Source: Klebsormidium nitens | Taxonomy: Eukaryota > Plantae > Klebsormidiophyceae | DNA length: 49,646 nucleotides | Assembly: GCA_000708835.1 (NCBI GenBank) | Contig: DF237584.1 | Location: 1-49,646 of the forward strand | Direction of reading: 5' to 3' | Part shown: positions 22,901 through 35,238 of the stretch, piece after piece | How positions within the stretch are numbered: the first letter of the stretch is position 1 | How the letters are laid out: each line of letters starts with the position of its first letter | Notes under the pieces: generated by a model | Databases searched by the model: none | What the model was told of the DNA's origin: nothing | The model's input: the letters and a program-made list of their open reading frames with translations, nothing else | Program-made: the position numbers and the translations under genes

Positions 22901-25900
22901 AAGCCTATGCTAATAGAGGTGAGCAAACTGTTCCTGCATTTAATTCATTCACTTTGCCTCTGAGAATCAGGTTAGAGTCTGCTCCGTCCAGCCTTGCAGC
23001 TATGATATGGGCTAGGTAGCTTCCTGTAGGTGCGCCATGCCGTAACGCTGCACCGATCGCTTTTCCAGAAGACCATCTCTCGTCGTCCGCTTGTATCCGG
23101 AAGCTGCAACTTGTTAAGTCGTTGAGCTGCTGTGACTTTCATAACGTAAGCCTAGGCATCCACATCTTGGAGTTGAGCTTCTTAAGGATCTACGAAGGGT
23201 TGCGGTTGAGCGACTTCGCAACCAGGGAACCAGAGGGCACTGTGTCTTGCGTGCAAAACGCTTCTCTCAGTCTCTTAGAGTGGTTCTCAATGATGGATGC
23301 AGGGTGACCTGGACGTGGAGGTATTTGGAATTACGCAAGACTCGCGGCAGGTAAATCTTCTGACCTACTCTCTAGCTTTTGAAGGTGTGGCCAGTGTTTC
23401 GCTTCGAGACTCTGGACGCCCTTCTTGACGTATGTTTGGAAGGATGAACGTGGTTTGATTTGTGTTGGGATCCGTAGGGTCAGTACCTTTTTCCGTATAC
23501 AGTGACTTTGAAATTCTTGGGTCCTGGTCGACAGTCGCCTTCGTTGACGGCTCAAGGGACTTGCGGTGGCATTCGTAAACAGTGCAGGAAGCGAAGCGCC
23601 AACGTTTGTTCACTATTCTGAGCGAGTCGCACCGTGTGCACTGCATGCAACTAAAGGACCCCTCTGACTGTTCTGTCGCGGATACTTCGAACTATCTTCG
23701 TTGGACAAAAAGTTGTGGTCGGACACGGTTTATGGCTCTCTCGAAGAGGAGCGGTTTTGTAAGTAACAGCTTGGAAGTAAGGAACGTTTCGTTGTTGGAT
23801 GAAAATGACCGGCTGTGTATCAGGTAGACAGACACTCGGATCACAGAAAATGAGAATGGAAGATGCCTGAAGCCTAAGAAAGACGACAAACGGATGTCCT
23901 GCAAACGCTCTGCAGGTAAAGGAAGGGGACCTGTTCGTCTGTATAAAGGGCTTGTCAACGGATGGGCACCTGTACGCAGCAGAGGTAAGATCTCCTTTCG
24001 CTCTTCCAACCTGCTTTGAGCTCATAAAAGATCGGACGTCTCCCAACCGTTTGTTCCAACGCTTTTGATATCTTTTTGCAACGCATGCTCAAGGTGCAAT
24101 AAACCGCGGGCTTTGTCTCGCTGTTTCCTCTATGCTGAATTTAAAAGGGTTTACATCTCTTCAATATCGGACAGGCTGGAGGAATCAAAGATATAATCCA
24201 GCGTTATGTCCATTTGATTTTATTTTGACCTCCCGCAAATTTTGACCCGCCAGCCGAATGAAAAGCGGAGCGTCGAACGTCCACATGCAAAAAGTGCATC
24301 AGAGAGTTTAAATGCCAACATACTATCCCCATCTCGACTTTCCAGAGACCGGAGCATTATTGAAGAAAGCGACGGAGGGTCCATTGATGGACGGAAGCAA
24401 TTCTGATGAAATCTTCTTCGAATTTCCTATACAGGCGGTAGAGAAAGGCGCCAGCGCAGTGATTGCGAGCGAGGAGGTCCTGGTGGGAGCTAGCTGTAAA
24501 GCTGTGGTCCTAGTAGAAGACACAACAGGTGGGTGCTTTGTTGGGACCCATGTTCCCTTGGTCCTTATGCAGGGTTGGAAGTGGGGCAGAAAACCACTAT
24601 GTGGGACATGTACACAAGCTCAAGAGAGTAAATCCCACTTCTAGAAGGGCTTTCTGGCGACTGTTTCACGTGTTCCTGCTCGGACGGCAGCTTAAGACGC
24701 TAAATGAATTATGGTCCAGTAGTAAATCTGCTTCGCTTCACCACTGTATTGTCTTTGACCGTCAATCTCTCTGTAGGCTTGAGCTTTGGAGTATGCTTGT
24801 GTCGTAGGCTTTCTGGGGACTACATCACATAAGACCTTGTTTTGGCTTGCGTGGTCGGTACCCTGCTTTTTGAGACTTCGCCCTCTCAACCCTGCGGGCT
24901 GTCGCTCTTGCTCCAGATCCTTTCTGTGCTGGCCAGGCCCCAACTACCCTGACCATGTCGTTAAAAGGAGTCACTCGGACCTGCGTGCCTGTCCAGCAAA
25001 TATCTTCTGAAACGTGCCATAAAGTCTGAGCGGTGGCTTTGCTCTTGCCCAGAGATCCTGTCCGCGCTGGCCGGCGCCTTCTACCGGGAGCCGTCCAAGA
25101 AGCTGACGGTGGTCGGGATTACTGGGACCAATGGAAAGACTACAACTTCGTACATAGTGAGGTGAGAACAGCTTGATATGGAAGGAGACCAAAAGCTTGT
25201 AGCTTTGCGATTGTTCTTTTCTTCGGGTGTTCTTCTTTGGATCCTTCGCATTGAGTATCTAATAGCGTCTTTTTACTGGTGTTAAAGTTGCTCTACGTGC
25301 GCGGAGTCCATGATGTATGTTGCCGTCTCTTTTCCAATCCGGAAAAAGGTGGCTGTCTTAAAAGCGTTTCTTCTCTCATAGCGCCGTTTCTAAAAAACGT
25401 CTACAGACAAGGCTTCACGTTTTTGCAAATGCGCGTGCCAACGATATTTTTTTTCACCCATGGTGCGTTGTCGTCGGGCAGCGAGGATGGTTGCAAGCTG
25501 GCCTTCAGATGGCTACCGAGGATTCCAATGCCACCCATTGATGCTGCTATTCGAACTTTCTGGTTCAGCCGTCTGATGTTGAGCACCGTGAGAAGAATCT
25601 TGGATCTCGCATTTGAGCCCATAGCGCTAGTTTGCGAAGTTTCTGAGTTCGGTTACTTCATGTTTCTCTGCTGGGTCCGAAGAGATTGCGCGACGTTGAC
25701 GAATCGTTGAGGATCTTCAGAGCTGCACCTGCTTTCGGGAGGTAGCGTTTGATAAGCGCTCTGCTTTGCGCGTCTGTCTGTCAGGGCGTGTCTGCGAGCG
25801 AACGCTGCTAGCGAGGGTTCTGTTTCGCGCATTCCTTAGAGGACTTAACTGGCGCTTCGTGTCAAGCACTGTGCCTGGGCAGCACTTTGAACGCAACGAT

Positions 25901-28900
25901 ACAGTCGTTGAGATCAACAATATTATCATGGGGGTTTTGCCTGGTCTCCTGGACAACGCCGCCATGATCTGTGCATGTGGCGACCACGTCAAGCTGCTGG
26001 GGCTGGAAAAGTGGATTGCTCTTTAATCAAGGCTTGACAGTTTTCCATGATGCCGTGTCAGTTCTGGCAAAGATTTGTTCTGACCGAAAGAGCTGCTTGA
26101 CTCGTCAACCTTGACTCCCCCTTAAGTACGTTATTCTCGGCCTGGTGCTCGATTTGGTTGAGTGCGTCTAAAGCCGTTCGCCTTGGCGTCCGCACTCGGA
26201 AGACAGCTAGTTGCGCGGTTTGTCTTCTTCCCATGTTCGAGTCTGCAGATCAAAAGCCGGAAAAGAAACGTCTGACTTGCATGGGTGCTTGTGCCTGTAT
26301 TTCTGAAGGAGAGCAATCACTACTCTTGTACAGAGCTGATGCAGGCATGCTACACTTCGCTTGCAACCTTCCTGCATAACGAGGCTTCTATGTTATGCTA
26401 AGCACTTTCACCGGCAGCTTCAGCATGCTCTTGGTTTGATCCCATCTTATTCGTTGTTGAGCAGCAGGGACGAGTCTGATCTGCTCAGTCCACCGGCGCA
26501 GTTCCCCCTTGAGGACGCCCCGACGCTGCATTTGACCAAAATCTGTTTGATTCACTTTGTGCAATTGTCTCACGAAGCGGAGCCACAGCAGTTTTGTGTG
26601 ACCGGTCTCAAGGTGACCGGTCAAACGTGGCGTGTTTTTGGTTTGGTGCACGTTGCCAGATGGCCTGATGTCTGTTCCGCTTTTCTTGCCTTTGTCCATC
26701 TGATCATGGTTTCACGTCGCTAGGACGAGTTGAAAAGCTTGTGGCACCCCTTGTGTTGTGCCACACGACTCTTGGGCTTGCCGATGCGGAGGTCTTGGGC
26801 ACCTCATTGCCCCCTGTGAAAACTGCGCAGTCTGGAGAGGGGCGAGGATGTCAAGCTTTTCGAACACAGGCGTCCTTGCGAGGCATCCGCCAAACGGAGT
26901 GCTCGAGCCTGTCAACCATGCATGATTCTCACAACATCTTCGGATGCGAAGTGATTCCAATCCCGTCAGTATCTACTGTGGCTGCAGTCCCTTATCAGTG
27001 GCGGTTTTGGCTGTGGACACTGGTTGCTCCTCCAGTCTTCCTGTTTCGTCGAGAGTGCTCCCGCCAAATATTGTCCCGGGTGGTTTTGGACGCACAGGTC
27101 GATGAAACGATTCGGTCCTGCAATCCAACCGATATTTCGATTGCACTCCGGGTCCTGGTTCTATATCCTACGAGAATAGGCTTTAAAGCAGACGTTTTCT
27201 TTGAGCTGAGTAGCTGTCTTGCCAAGGCCTTGTTTAGTTCTTGTACTTTCAAAGCAGGCGATTAATGACGAGGCTTGGCCTGCTTGGAATGCCTTTATCA
27301 ACCGGCTTTGAGTGGGTTCATATGCACCCGCCTTGAAGTAAGTGTGCCCCTATCTACATTCGAGTCTTCGAGAGTTTCTTGGGCAGTCAACCGTGCTGGA
27401 GGCTACATTTCCTGAGGAAGCTCGGATTTCTGAAGAAGACCTTGCTCACTCAAGGCCTTACTGGTAGCTCGTCTTTGTGCAAGAGCCATCCCGATTCAGA
27501 ACAGCAGGCGCAGTCTCTTCTGTCGCTCACTCGTCACTGAAAGCGCTTGGTCACTGGTCAGAAGGACCTACATGTCAAGAGCAGTTTTGATGCCGCAATC
27601 ATGGCACCGCGTGCCAGAGGAGTTGCTTCGCTGACACTGCAGTATGTAACCCTACGTCCTGGCAGAATGATCGATCAAATACTGTTGGTGTTCAGGACGA
27701 GCTTTTCATTGCCCCTCGGATCAAGCATTTGCGTAGCGACGCTGAGGCTGAGTTGTTGAGACCACGTTTATATTTCACTGTTTCCCTCACTCGACGGTGA
27801 ATTCTCTCGACTTGCCTGTTCTGGATCTGAGCAGCTGCAGCTAGGCTATTTCGTGACCTTCTTCTCAGCCAACTGGCTTGCTGCAAGTGTTGTGGAAAAG
27901 CGTTAAAGAGCTCTTTCATGCACAGTAGTCTCTTGTGTTTTCGATGCATGCCTGCCACTAAAGTTGGACAATATCAAGCGTGAGCAGCAAGGACGCTGTC
28001 AGTTTGACGCCTGAGGCGGCGCCAAGCGAGTTTCAAAATGGGTTCTGAAGCTGCGCTCATTATGATGATAATGATGAACTCTTGCGTTTGCATTTTTGTA
28101 ATCCACAACGGATCGCAGAAGTTGGACGGGCGTAGAACGCTCAAAGTAATTCGCTCTTTACGGCAAGTGCCCTTTCAGTATCAGTAGCGAAAGTTTTGAA
28201 GGCAACCATCATGCTAGGGATTTTGCTTTACTTTCTCTTGCTGACGTGAAGGTTACTATTTTTAAAAGCCTGAATCCTCGTTTCCTGTATGACGTAGGCA
28301 AGTTTGTGACAAATTCGCACGATATAACGGGTGTGCAGCAGTTCATCCTTTTACCTTTTAGTCCATTTGCCGGCTGACTCTCTGCGCGAGCTTCTTCATG
28401 GTACGGCTACGCCGTTTTGGGTCTACGAAGGCCATCTCTCAAGTTTCTTACCGTTGGTTCCATCGAAAGGATCCCATTTCAAAACAAAGCCGCAATGACG
28501 TGCGAAGAGTGGCGCCCGATGCAGGGGTTAGCCACGTCGGGGTTTTCTGGAATGCTGCGCAAGGCCTTTTGAGCTCGTTTTAAAGTCGAATTCTCCGCAT
28601 GAGTAAGGCAGCGTCCTTCTTCGTTTACTGCTTCCTTTTAATCCCCTCGCTTCTTGCTCAAAATTCCAGTTAACGAAATCTGCGGAGCAGTCAAGACTTG
28701 TTAAGGCACCCCTTAATAAGCGTGAGGTTGAGCGAAAGGCACGATGCTCCCTTCGCACGAAGTGACTGCATCTCTGCCACGCTACTGACAATCTACACTT
28801 GATTCGTCTCCAGGGGAATCATTGAAGAGATGGGGCAGCAGACGGGGCTCTTAGGGACCATAGCGTACTACGTTGGAAAGAAGAGGTGAGCCCATTCACA

Positions 28901-31900
28901 GCCTTCAATTTGTCGCCCAACGGACGGAGCAGAACGGCCCTCTTACATCTTGTTGGTCCTGGTTAATGCCCATTGTGTTCATCCTATTCAGTCATGCTTG
29001 CCATCCTTGTCTGCAGCAGCACCTTCTCCTCGACTCGGCCAGCTCGAACTTTCTTGCAAGCAATTGCCTGCTTTTAATCTGCTCTGAGAAAAATGCAACC
29101 TTTTCATTGAGAAGCCAGCCCCGTCCAAACGTCTCCAGGTTGGACGCCCCAAACACGACGCCGGACGCCATCCGGACGCATTCTACTTTGCAGCAGCATC
29201 TCTACCTGAACTTGACCAACTTGAACTTGCTTGTAAGCATCCACCCCATTCTTACCTGCTCAAAAAGCAGCACATCAGCCGAATCAAGCCCCCTCCGACG
29301 CCTGCAGATTGGACGCGCCAAACACGACGCCGGACGCCATTCGGACGCAGCAGCTGATGGCGACCATGGTGGAGAAGGACGTGTCCGCGTGCGTCATGGA
29401 GGTGTCGTCGCACGCGCTGCAACTAGGGCGGGTCAAGGAGGTCGACTTCAACGTAGCGGTACGTACCTCCGGCTTCGGTCTCCTAGTTCGAGCGCTACTT
29501 TATTCTGCTGCACTGAGCGCCAGTCAGTGTGCTTGCAAGTGTCGAACAGAAGGAGGCCGTGAAACTCCTTCGGTTCCTGTGCAACAGTCACTCTAATCGT
29601 GGTCTGTAGTCATTGTAGTGCCACAGCAAAGTCGGTGTGTCTGACGCTTGACGGGCGGACTCTGGATGTTTCTCCTTGGAATGCACCTTGAACGAGGGTC
29701 CGTCGAGCAGTGATGATCTGTCTTTGCTTATCAAGCATTGAGCAACCAGAAGCAACCCGAGTCCGGAATCCAGTTTAAAATTCTCTACGTCCCCCCAACA
29801 CTGTGAACCCGTGATTGAGGAGCTTGTTGTTGGAGGGCCAAGAACCAAACCTGAGGCTTTCTCTTGGCTGCAGGTGTTTACTAACCTGACGGAAGACCAC
29901 CGAGACTTCCACGGGAACATGGACAACTACCGGGAGGCCAAGGGCAAGCTGTTTGCGAAAATGACGGATCCGGAGTGGCATCGAAAGGTAAGGCCATTGA
30001 CTCTTTTTAGTAAAGAGTCATTTCGGAGCTTCGGCACGTTCGACGCTGGCCGTGTCGCGGCAACGTCCGCTGACAGTGAATCCTACCTGCAAGATGCATA
30101 GGTCGCGGCAGCTCTTATCAGGATACATGACGTCAACCCTATTGATTCTACTGGTTGGGATGCGCGATTCGACTCCTCTTTCTTGCTGTTCTGATTTTCG
30201 AAGTTCCTTGATGGCGGTTTAGCAAGTGGGTGGGTCCCACTCAAGACCTTTGAACTTTGTAGCCAAAGTGGGTGCCTCTCGAGGCCTTCGGATTTTGGAG
30301 TCAGGACTCTGGATCCAAGCAGCTAACGGTCCCGGCAACTCTTGCCGGGACGGCTTCCCTCACTGGTCACAGGAAGGCTCTGTTGTTTCAATTAAAGTCA
30401 CTGAAAACAAAACGCTTTCTTTTTTGCTGCAGGTGGTTAACATAGATGATCCGAACGCGCAGTGGTTCATCAGCCAAGGAAACCCGGTAAGCTTCTCTTG
30501 CGTACGGAGTCTGCTTCAGTGCGATCGAAAGCCGACCCTTGCGTGCTGAGCTCATCCAAAAAAGATTTCGTTGTTGGCGTGGCAGCTTGGTCACCCCTGC
30601 TTTGCATTCTTGGACGCATTCTGCTGTCAGTTGTTGCCAGACCTTCATCCTGGGTGAGTCTTGAGTTTTTGTCTCATTTTGCGTGAAAAGGCTTCGTCAG
30701 AAGCGGTTCAATGTTCGCATTCTCCTTCAAATGGACTGAGGAGGAAGTAGACTTTGATCTGACTCGAAGCCTTCTGCCTCGTTATCTGCCACTCAAGATT
30801 CGTGCTAATAAGTCGCTGACTTCGACTTCGCTGCCGTTGAGCGTTGCAGAGACTCCTTTCTCGAGCGCACTCTCAACTCGTATCATAATCCGTCGTCATT
30901 TTGCCCTCCCTGCTCAGTCTGCTTTCTGACTCAACGCTTTTTCCAAGCAGTGTCCAAGGAAGTTCTACCGGAAAAGCCACACGCAGGTGGACATTGACGC
31001 ATGATCCCATTGTCCTGGATCTGGCAAGCACTGCATCCTGCTTAGAATTGTTCCTGATTCGCTGCTTGATTTCCTTTTGCAGGACGTTCCTGTCATCACG
31101 TTCGCCTTGGAGGACGAGTCCGCCGACGTCTACCCGCTGAACGTGGTGCTGTCGCTCTTCGAGACCGAGCTGGAGATCCGGACGCCGTACGGCAACCTGC
31201 AGATCTCAAGCGGGCTCCTAGGTAAGCTCACAGACCGCAGGAAAGTCGGTTCCGGATGGAAATGCTTTTGAGTGGATCAGATGCAAGGGACGAAAAGGTC
31301 GTTTGATCCAGTGTCATCCTGCGCCGGCCTTGGCGTACCCGTGCTTGAGACGAAAATGGACTGCTTACGACTCCGATCGTGCACAGGCATTGACCATGCC
31401 TAAAACATTTCTTTAAGCCGGCGTTTGAGGTGGCTTCTGGCATGCTGCCAAACTGCATATCAAGTCAGGTCTTCCTTTCCATCACTCTCGCCTTTTCGAG
31501 TTTTGGCTCACATGCCCTATGAGAAGATTCGTTCCTGGAGCCAGTGCCTCTTGGGAGTTTTGAACCCTCTTCCGAACCATTTTCCAAGTTGTGTTCGTCC
31601 ATTGGACGGCGACCAGTCTGCACCGCTCCGCCGCACCAGGTCGCCACAACTTCTACAGCGTGATGGCCACCGTCGCCGTCAGGTTGGCCATCGGTGCACC
31701 GTTTGACGCTCTCGAATTGTGAATCCCTTCGTTGAAAGGCGACCAATTCCCCCGTTTTCTCGTACCAGGTCGCCACAACATCTACAACGTGATGGCCGCC
31801 ATTTCCGTTGGATCGGCCATTGGCGCGTCGCTGGATGCCATATGAAATCATCTTTTCAAGTCGCAAAGTCCTACGACGTATCGTGATTGGCGACCAATAC

Positions 31901-34900
31901 GCCCCGCTTTCTGTTATCAGGTCGCCACAACATCTACAACGTGATGGCCGCCATCGCCGTCGGATTGGCCATCAGCGCACCGCTCGACGCCCTTTTGCTC
32001 TCATCACCAGCAAGTTCACACCCTTAAACCCCCTAACGTTCGTTGGACGGCGACCAATCTGCCCCGCTTTCTTGTGCCAGGTCGCCACAACATCTACAAC
32101 GTGATGGCCGCTATCGCCGTCGGGCTGGCCATCGGCGCACCGCTCGAAGCGATTGTGAAGGGCGTCGAGGAAGTGGACAACGTGCCCGGGCGGATGGAGC
32201 TGATTGACGAGGGGCAGCCGTTCGGTGTGATTGTGGACTACGCGCACACGCCGGACGCGTTGGAGCGGCTGTTGGATACGGTGCGGGAGTGCGGGCCAAA
32301 CAGGCTGATCACCGGTGAGCATCTCGAAGATCTGGATTCCTAAACTACTGTATCATATTTAGGAGCAGGTGTTTGAGAGCGTTGGTGGATTATGCTCCAA
32401 ACCAAACACTAAAATCACCTCCTATTCAGAAATTATGCTCATTTGCCAGACGCGCTCGAGCAGTTGTTGGGTACGGCGCGGGCTTGCGGGCAAACGGGCT
32501 GGTAACGGGTGAGCATGTCGAGGTTCTTAGAGTTGGATAAGTTCCTAGTTCTGAAACTTCTAGGAATTGTTCATTCAGGAGCGATTTCGAACTTCCAGGG
32601 TTCTCGCGGACGATTGACGCCTTTTTGTTGTGCTAGTCTGAGCTGGTAGGTTCGGTGTAGCGATGCGGAGAGCTTCAGCTTCAGTGATCTCGAGCATTTC
32701 CTTCGTGCGTTTTGGAGATTCAAAAGCTTTGTACGCCTGCGGTTTGGGGTTGCAAGAGCAACTAACTTTCAAGGGCGCTGAATCATTGTGTGCTGAACCA
32801 AGGGCAAGTTGTAGCGTTCTGACCCCTAATATACGCATGAGAACCAAAGGGAGCCGTTTGGAAGGTGTTGTTTAACGAAGCAATGGGTTTCGAAATCAAA
32901 GACACCCAAGTTTTCTCTTTCCTCTGAGGCCATCCAGATCAGTACTTTCAATCCAATCAGTTGCCCTTGACACTTGAATTGGGCCACCGCCCTAAGATGG
33001 AGCGCGTTATGGGCAAAGCTCACGGTTTGGCGTTTCTTGGCAGTCCTTGGCTGCGGGGGCGACCGCGACCGACAAAAGCGGCCGGTGATGGGGAAGATCG
33101 CGACGGACAAGAGCGAGGTGACCATCTTCACGTCGGACAACCCGCGGTCGGAGCACCCATGTGAGCCGCCAGAACCCATCTTTGTGAATAATCTCCGCTT
33201 GAGCGAGGTGTTTTTTTTTCCAGATTGAAGCACCTTATCGGTTTGTGGATGTTGCGCTTAAGGTGTCTGCGTCTACAGAGCGATTTCCAGATAGATTGAT
33301 GTCTCGAGTTACAACACCTGCGCAAGAATTTTCTAGACTTTGACATGGTCAGTCATTGAAACAACTATTTGTGGCCCATCAAGCTTTGTTGTTCAGAGTT
33401 GAACGCAACGACCCCTGGTTCGATTGAACTCCGGCCGTTAACCAAATCATGGCCATCATTTCAGACCGACATAGCGACCCCTGACCGCCGGCAGACCAGA
33501 TTATGGGGGACGTACTTACTAGAGATACCAATCCTTGATATGTCTGCCCCTGCCCGCAGACCGAATCCTGGAGGAAAGTTCAAGGGCTTCGGCTGAGAGT
33601 TAGACGACTACTTAACCTTCGAATCAGAGAAGGTCTGTCCAAGCCATTTTCCTCAGCTTTAACATAACGACCTCTAATGACCTCTGATTGCCGTTGCCCT
33701 GCCCGCAGACCAAATCCTGGACGACATGTTTAAGGGCGTCGGTTGGGAGCTGAACGAATACTTGACTTTCAGGTCGGAAAAGGACTGTTCGATTGTTTGT
33801 CTTCAGAATTTATTATGATGGCCCTAAGATTTTTGCTCCCGCCTGCAGACCAAATTCTGGACGACATGTTTAAGGGCGTCGGCTGGGAACTGGACGACGA
33901 CTAAACCTTTGGTTCGGAGAAGGTCTATCCTTGCCTTCTGCTTCAGAGTTTGGTTTAGGGACCCCTGATCTGTTCCGCTCTCCATGCAGACCAAATTCTA
34001 GACGACATGTTCAAGGGCGTCGGCTGGGAGCTGGACGACTACCTGACCTTCGGCTCGGAGAACGACTTCTACCCGCAGCTCGGCAACGGACACCGCCTCT
34101 TTGCATATGACCACCGGGCAGTCGCGGTGCGATCTGCTATCGCCATGGCCCAAGAAGGGGACTGCGTCGTGAGTACTCTCCAAACCGCTTCTCTCTCAAG
34201 GGGCACACCCTTTGTTTCGGGATCCGTCGGCGACCAGAGAGTGCAGATTCTACCTCATTGGTCGCTGAAGCGGAATTCTTAGATGCAATCTAGACCGTCG
34301 GAACAGAAAAGTGTTTCAGGACGCAAATACCTGTTCATACGACCACCGGGCAGCTGCGTTGCGGTCGGCGATCGCTATGGCTCAGGAAGGGGACTGCATC
34401 GTGAGTGCTCTCTATAGAGCATGATGAGGTGGTGTCTCATCGAATTCTGCTACAATGAAGTACCGCAGAACAGCCACACTCCTGGACGCCACCGTGAATC
34501 GGTGGCAATGAAAGGACGCCAGAAGTCTGCTGCAAGTCTGCTTGAGAACCTGTCATTTGATTGCGAGCATGGTCAGCAAACTTGATCTCATCTGGGTGCG
34601 GATCGAAGTAGCTGTCCGCTTCGCGTCCCTGAACCTGGGGTGGAGGAGCTAAATGACCAAGATGCGCTCAGACCAAGGTCGGAAACACCTTATCTCACAA
34701 GAGATCTGCTGCGCTTCAAAGACCACTCCTCTCAACGTTCTCCTCTGCAGCGCTCCAAAAGCGAGCTCGCAGCGCCCCCCAAAGGAACCCCTCGAAACTC
34801 TTCCTATTCAAGAGCGAATTTACAATGAATCAGTGACGACGGATGCTGCTCTTTTTCACGGATCGTGGCGGGCAAGGGGCTCAAGACGTGCCAGATTGTT

Positions 34901-35238
34901 CGCGGGGAGCGCTACTATGAAGTTTCATGCCTGCCTTTAGAGTCCCTTCGCTTCTCCTAACTAAGAGCCTGCTATTCCTTCTTCTTCCATGAAGAATCTA
35001 AACTTCTTTGCAACAGATTGTGGCGGGCAAGGGGCACGAGACGTACCAGATCATCGGCGAGGAGCGCAAGTACTTCGACGACCGGGAGCACTGCCGCGAG
35101 GCGCTGGAGCGGTTGGACCTGCTGCGGACGTCCGGGATCGACAGCAGCGAACTGCCCTGGCGGACGGAGTACGGCGAATCCTGGGAAGACGAGGATGAGG
35201 ACATTCCCAAGCACGACTCGGCAGATATCGCCATGTAG
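19946..35238 (+). CDS. murE: Plastid UDP-N-acetylmuramoyl-L-alanyl-D-glutamate--2,6-diaminopimelate ligase (plant-type MurE), ~844 aa, 17 exons
   Basis: Exons 19946-20260, 21253-21559, 22202-22461 (weak GTATCC donor), 22868-22918, 23303-23350, 23916-23984, 24435-24528, 25053-25161, 28814-28885, 29308-29458, 29874-29987, 30433-30486, 31083-31221, 32081-32314, 33044-33160, 33990-34168, 35017-35238. Phases are consistent; total 2535 nt. Motifs: [83 protein letters not shown]. Plant-type C-terminus [10 protein letters not shown] and a long acidic N-terminal extension. Confidence 0.96.
20470..21122 (+). repeat. Diverged ~339-bp tandem duplication in MurE intron 1
   Basis: 20470-20790 and 20809-21122 share e.g. 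GGTACACCACCCA.ACATCGGATCCATCATAC, GTAAAGACCTCTGGATATT, GAAACCAAAGATCCAT and GCCGCCTATTTGAGGGTC. Confidence 0.9.
31603..32000 (+). repeat. Three degenerate tandem copies of the intron 13/exon 14 junction of MurE
   Basis: CAG|GTCGCCACAAC(A/T)TCTAC... acceptor copies start at 31640, 31769 and 31921; the real exon starts at 32081. Confidence 0.92.
33545..33930 (+). repeat. Three degenerate tandem copies of the intron 15/exon 16 junction of MurE
   Basis: GCAG|ACC(A/G)AAT(C/T)CTGGA... copies start at 33560, 33709 and 33849; the real exon starts at 33990 (period 140-149 bp). Confidence 0.92.
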
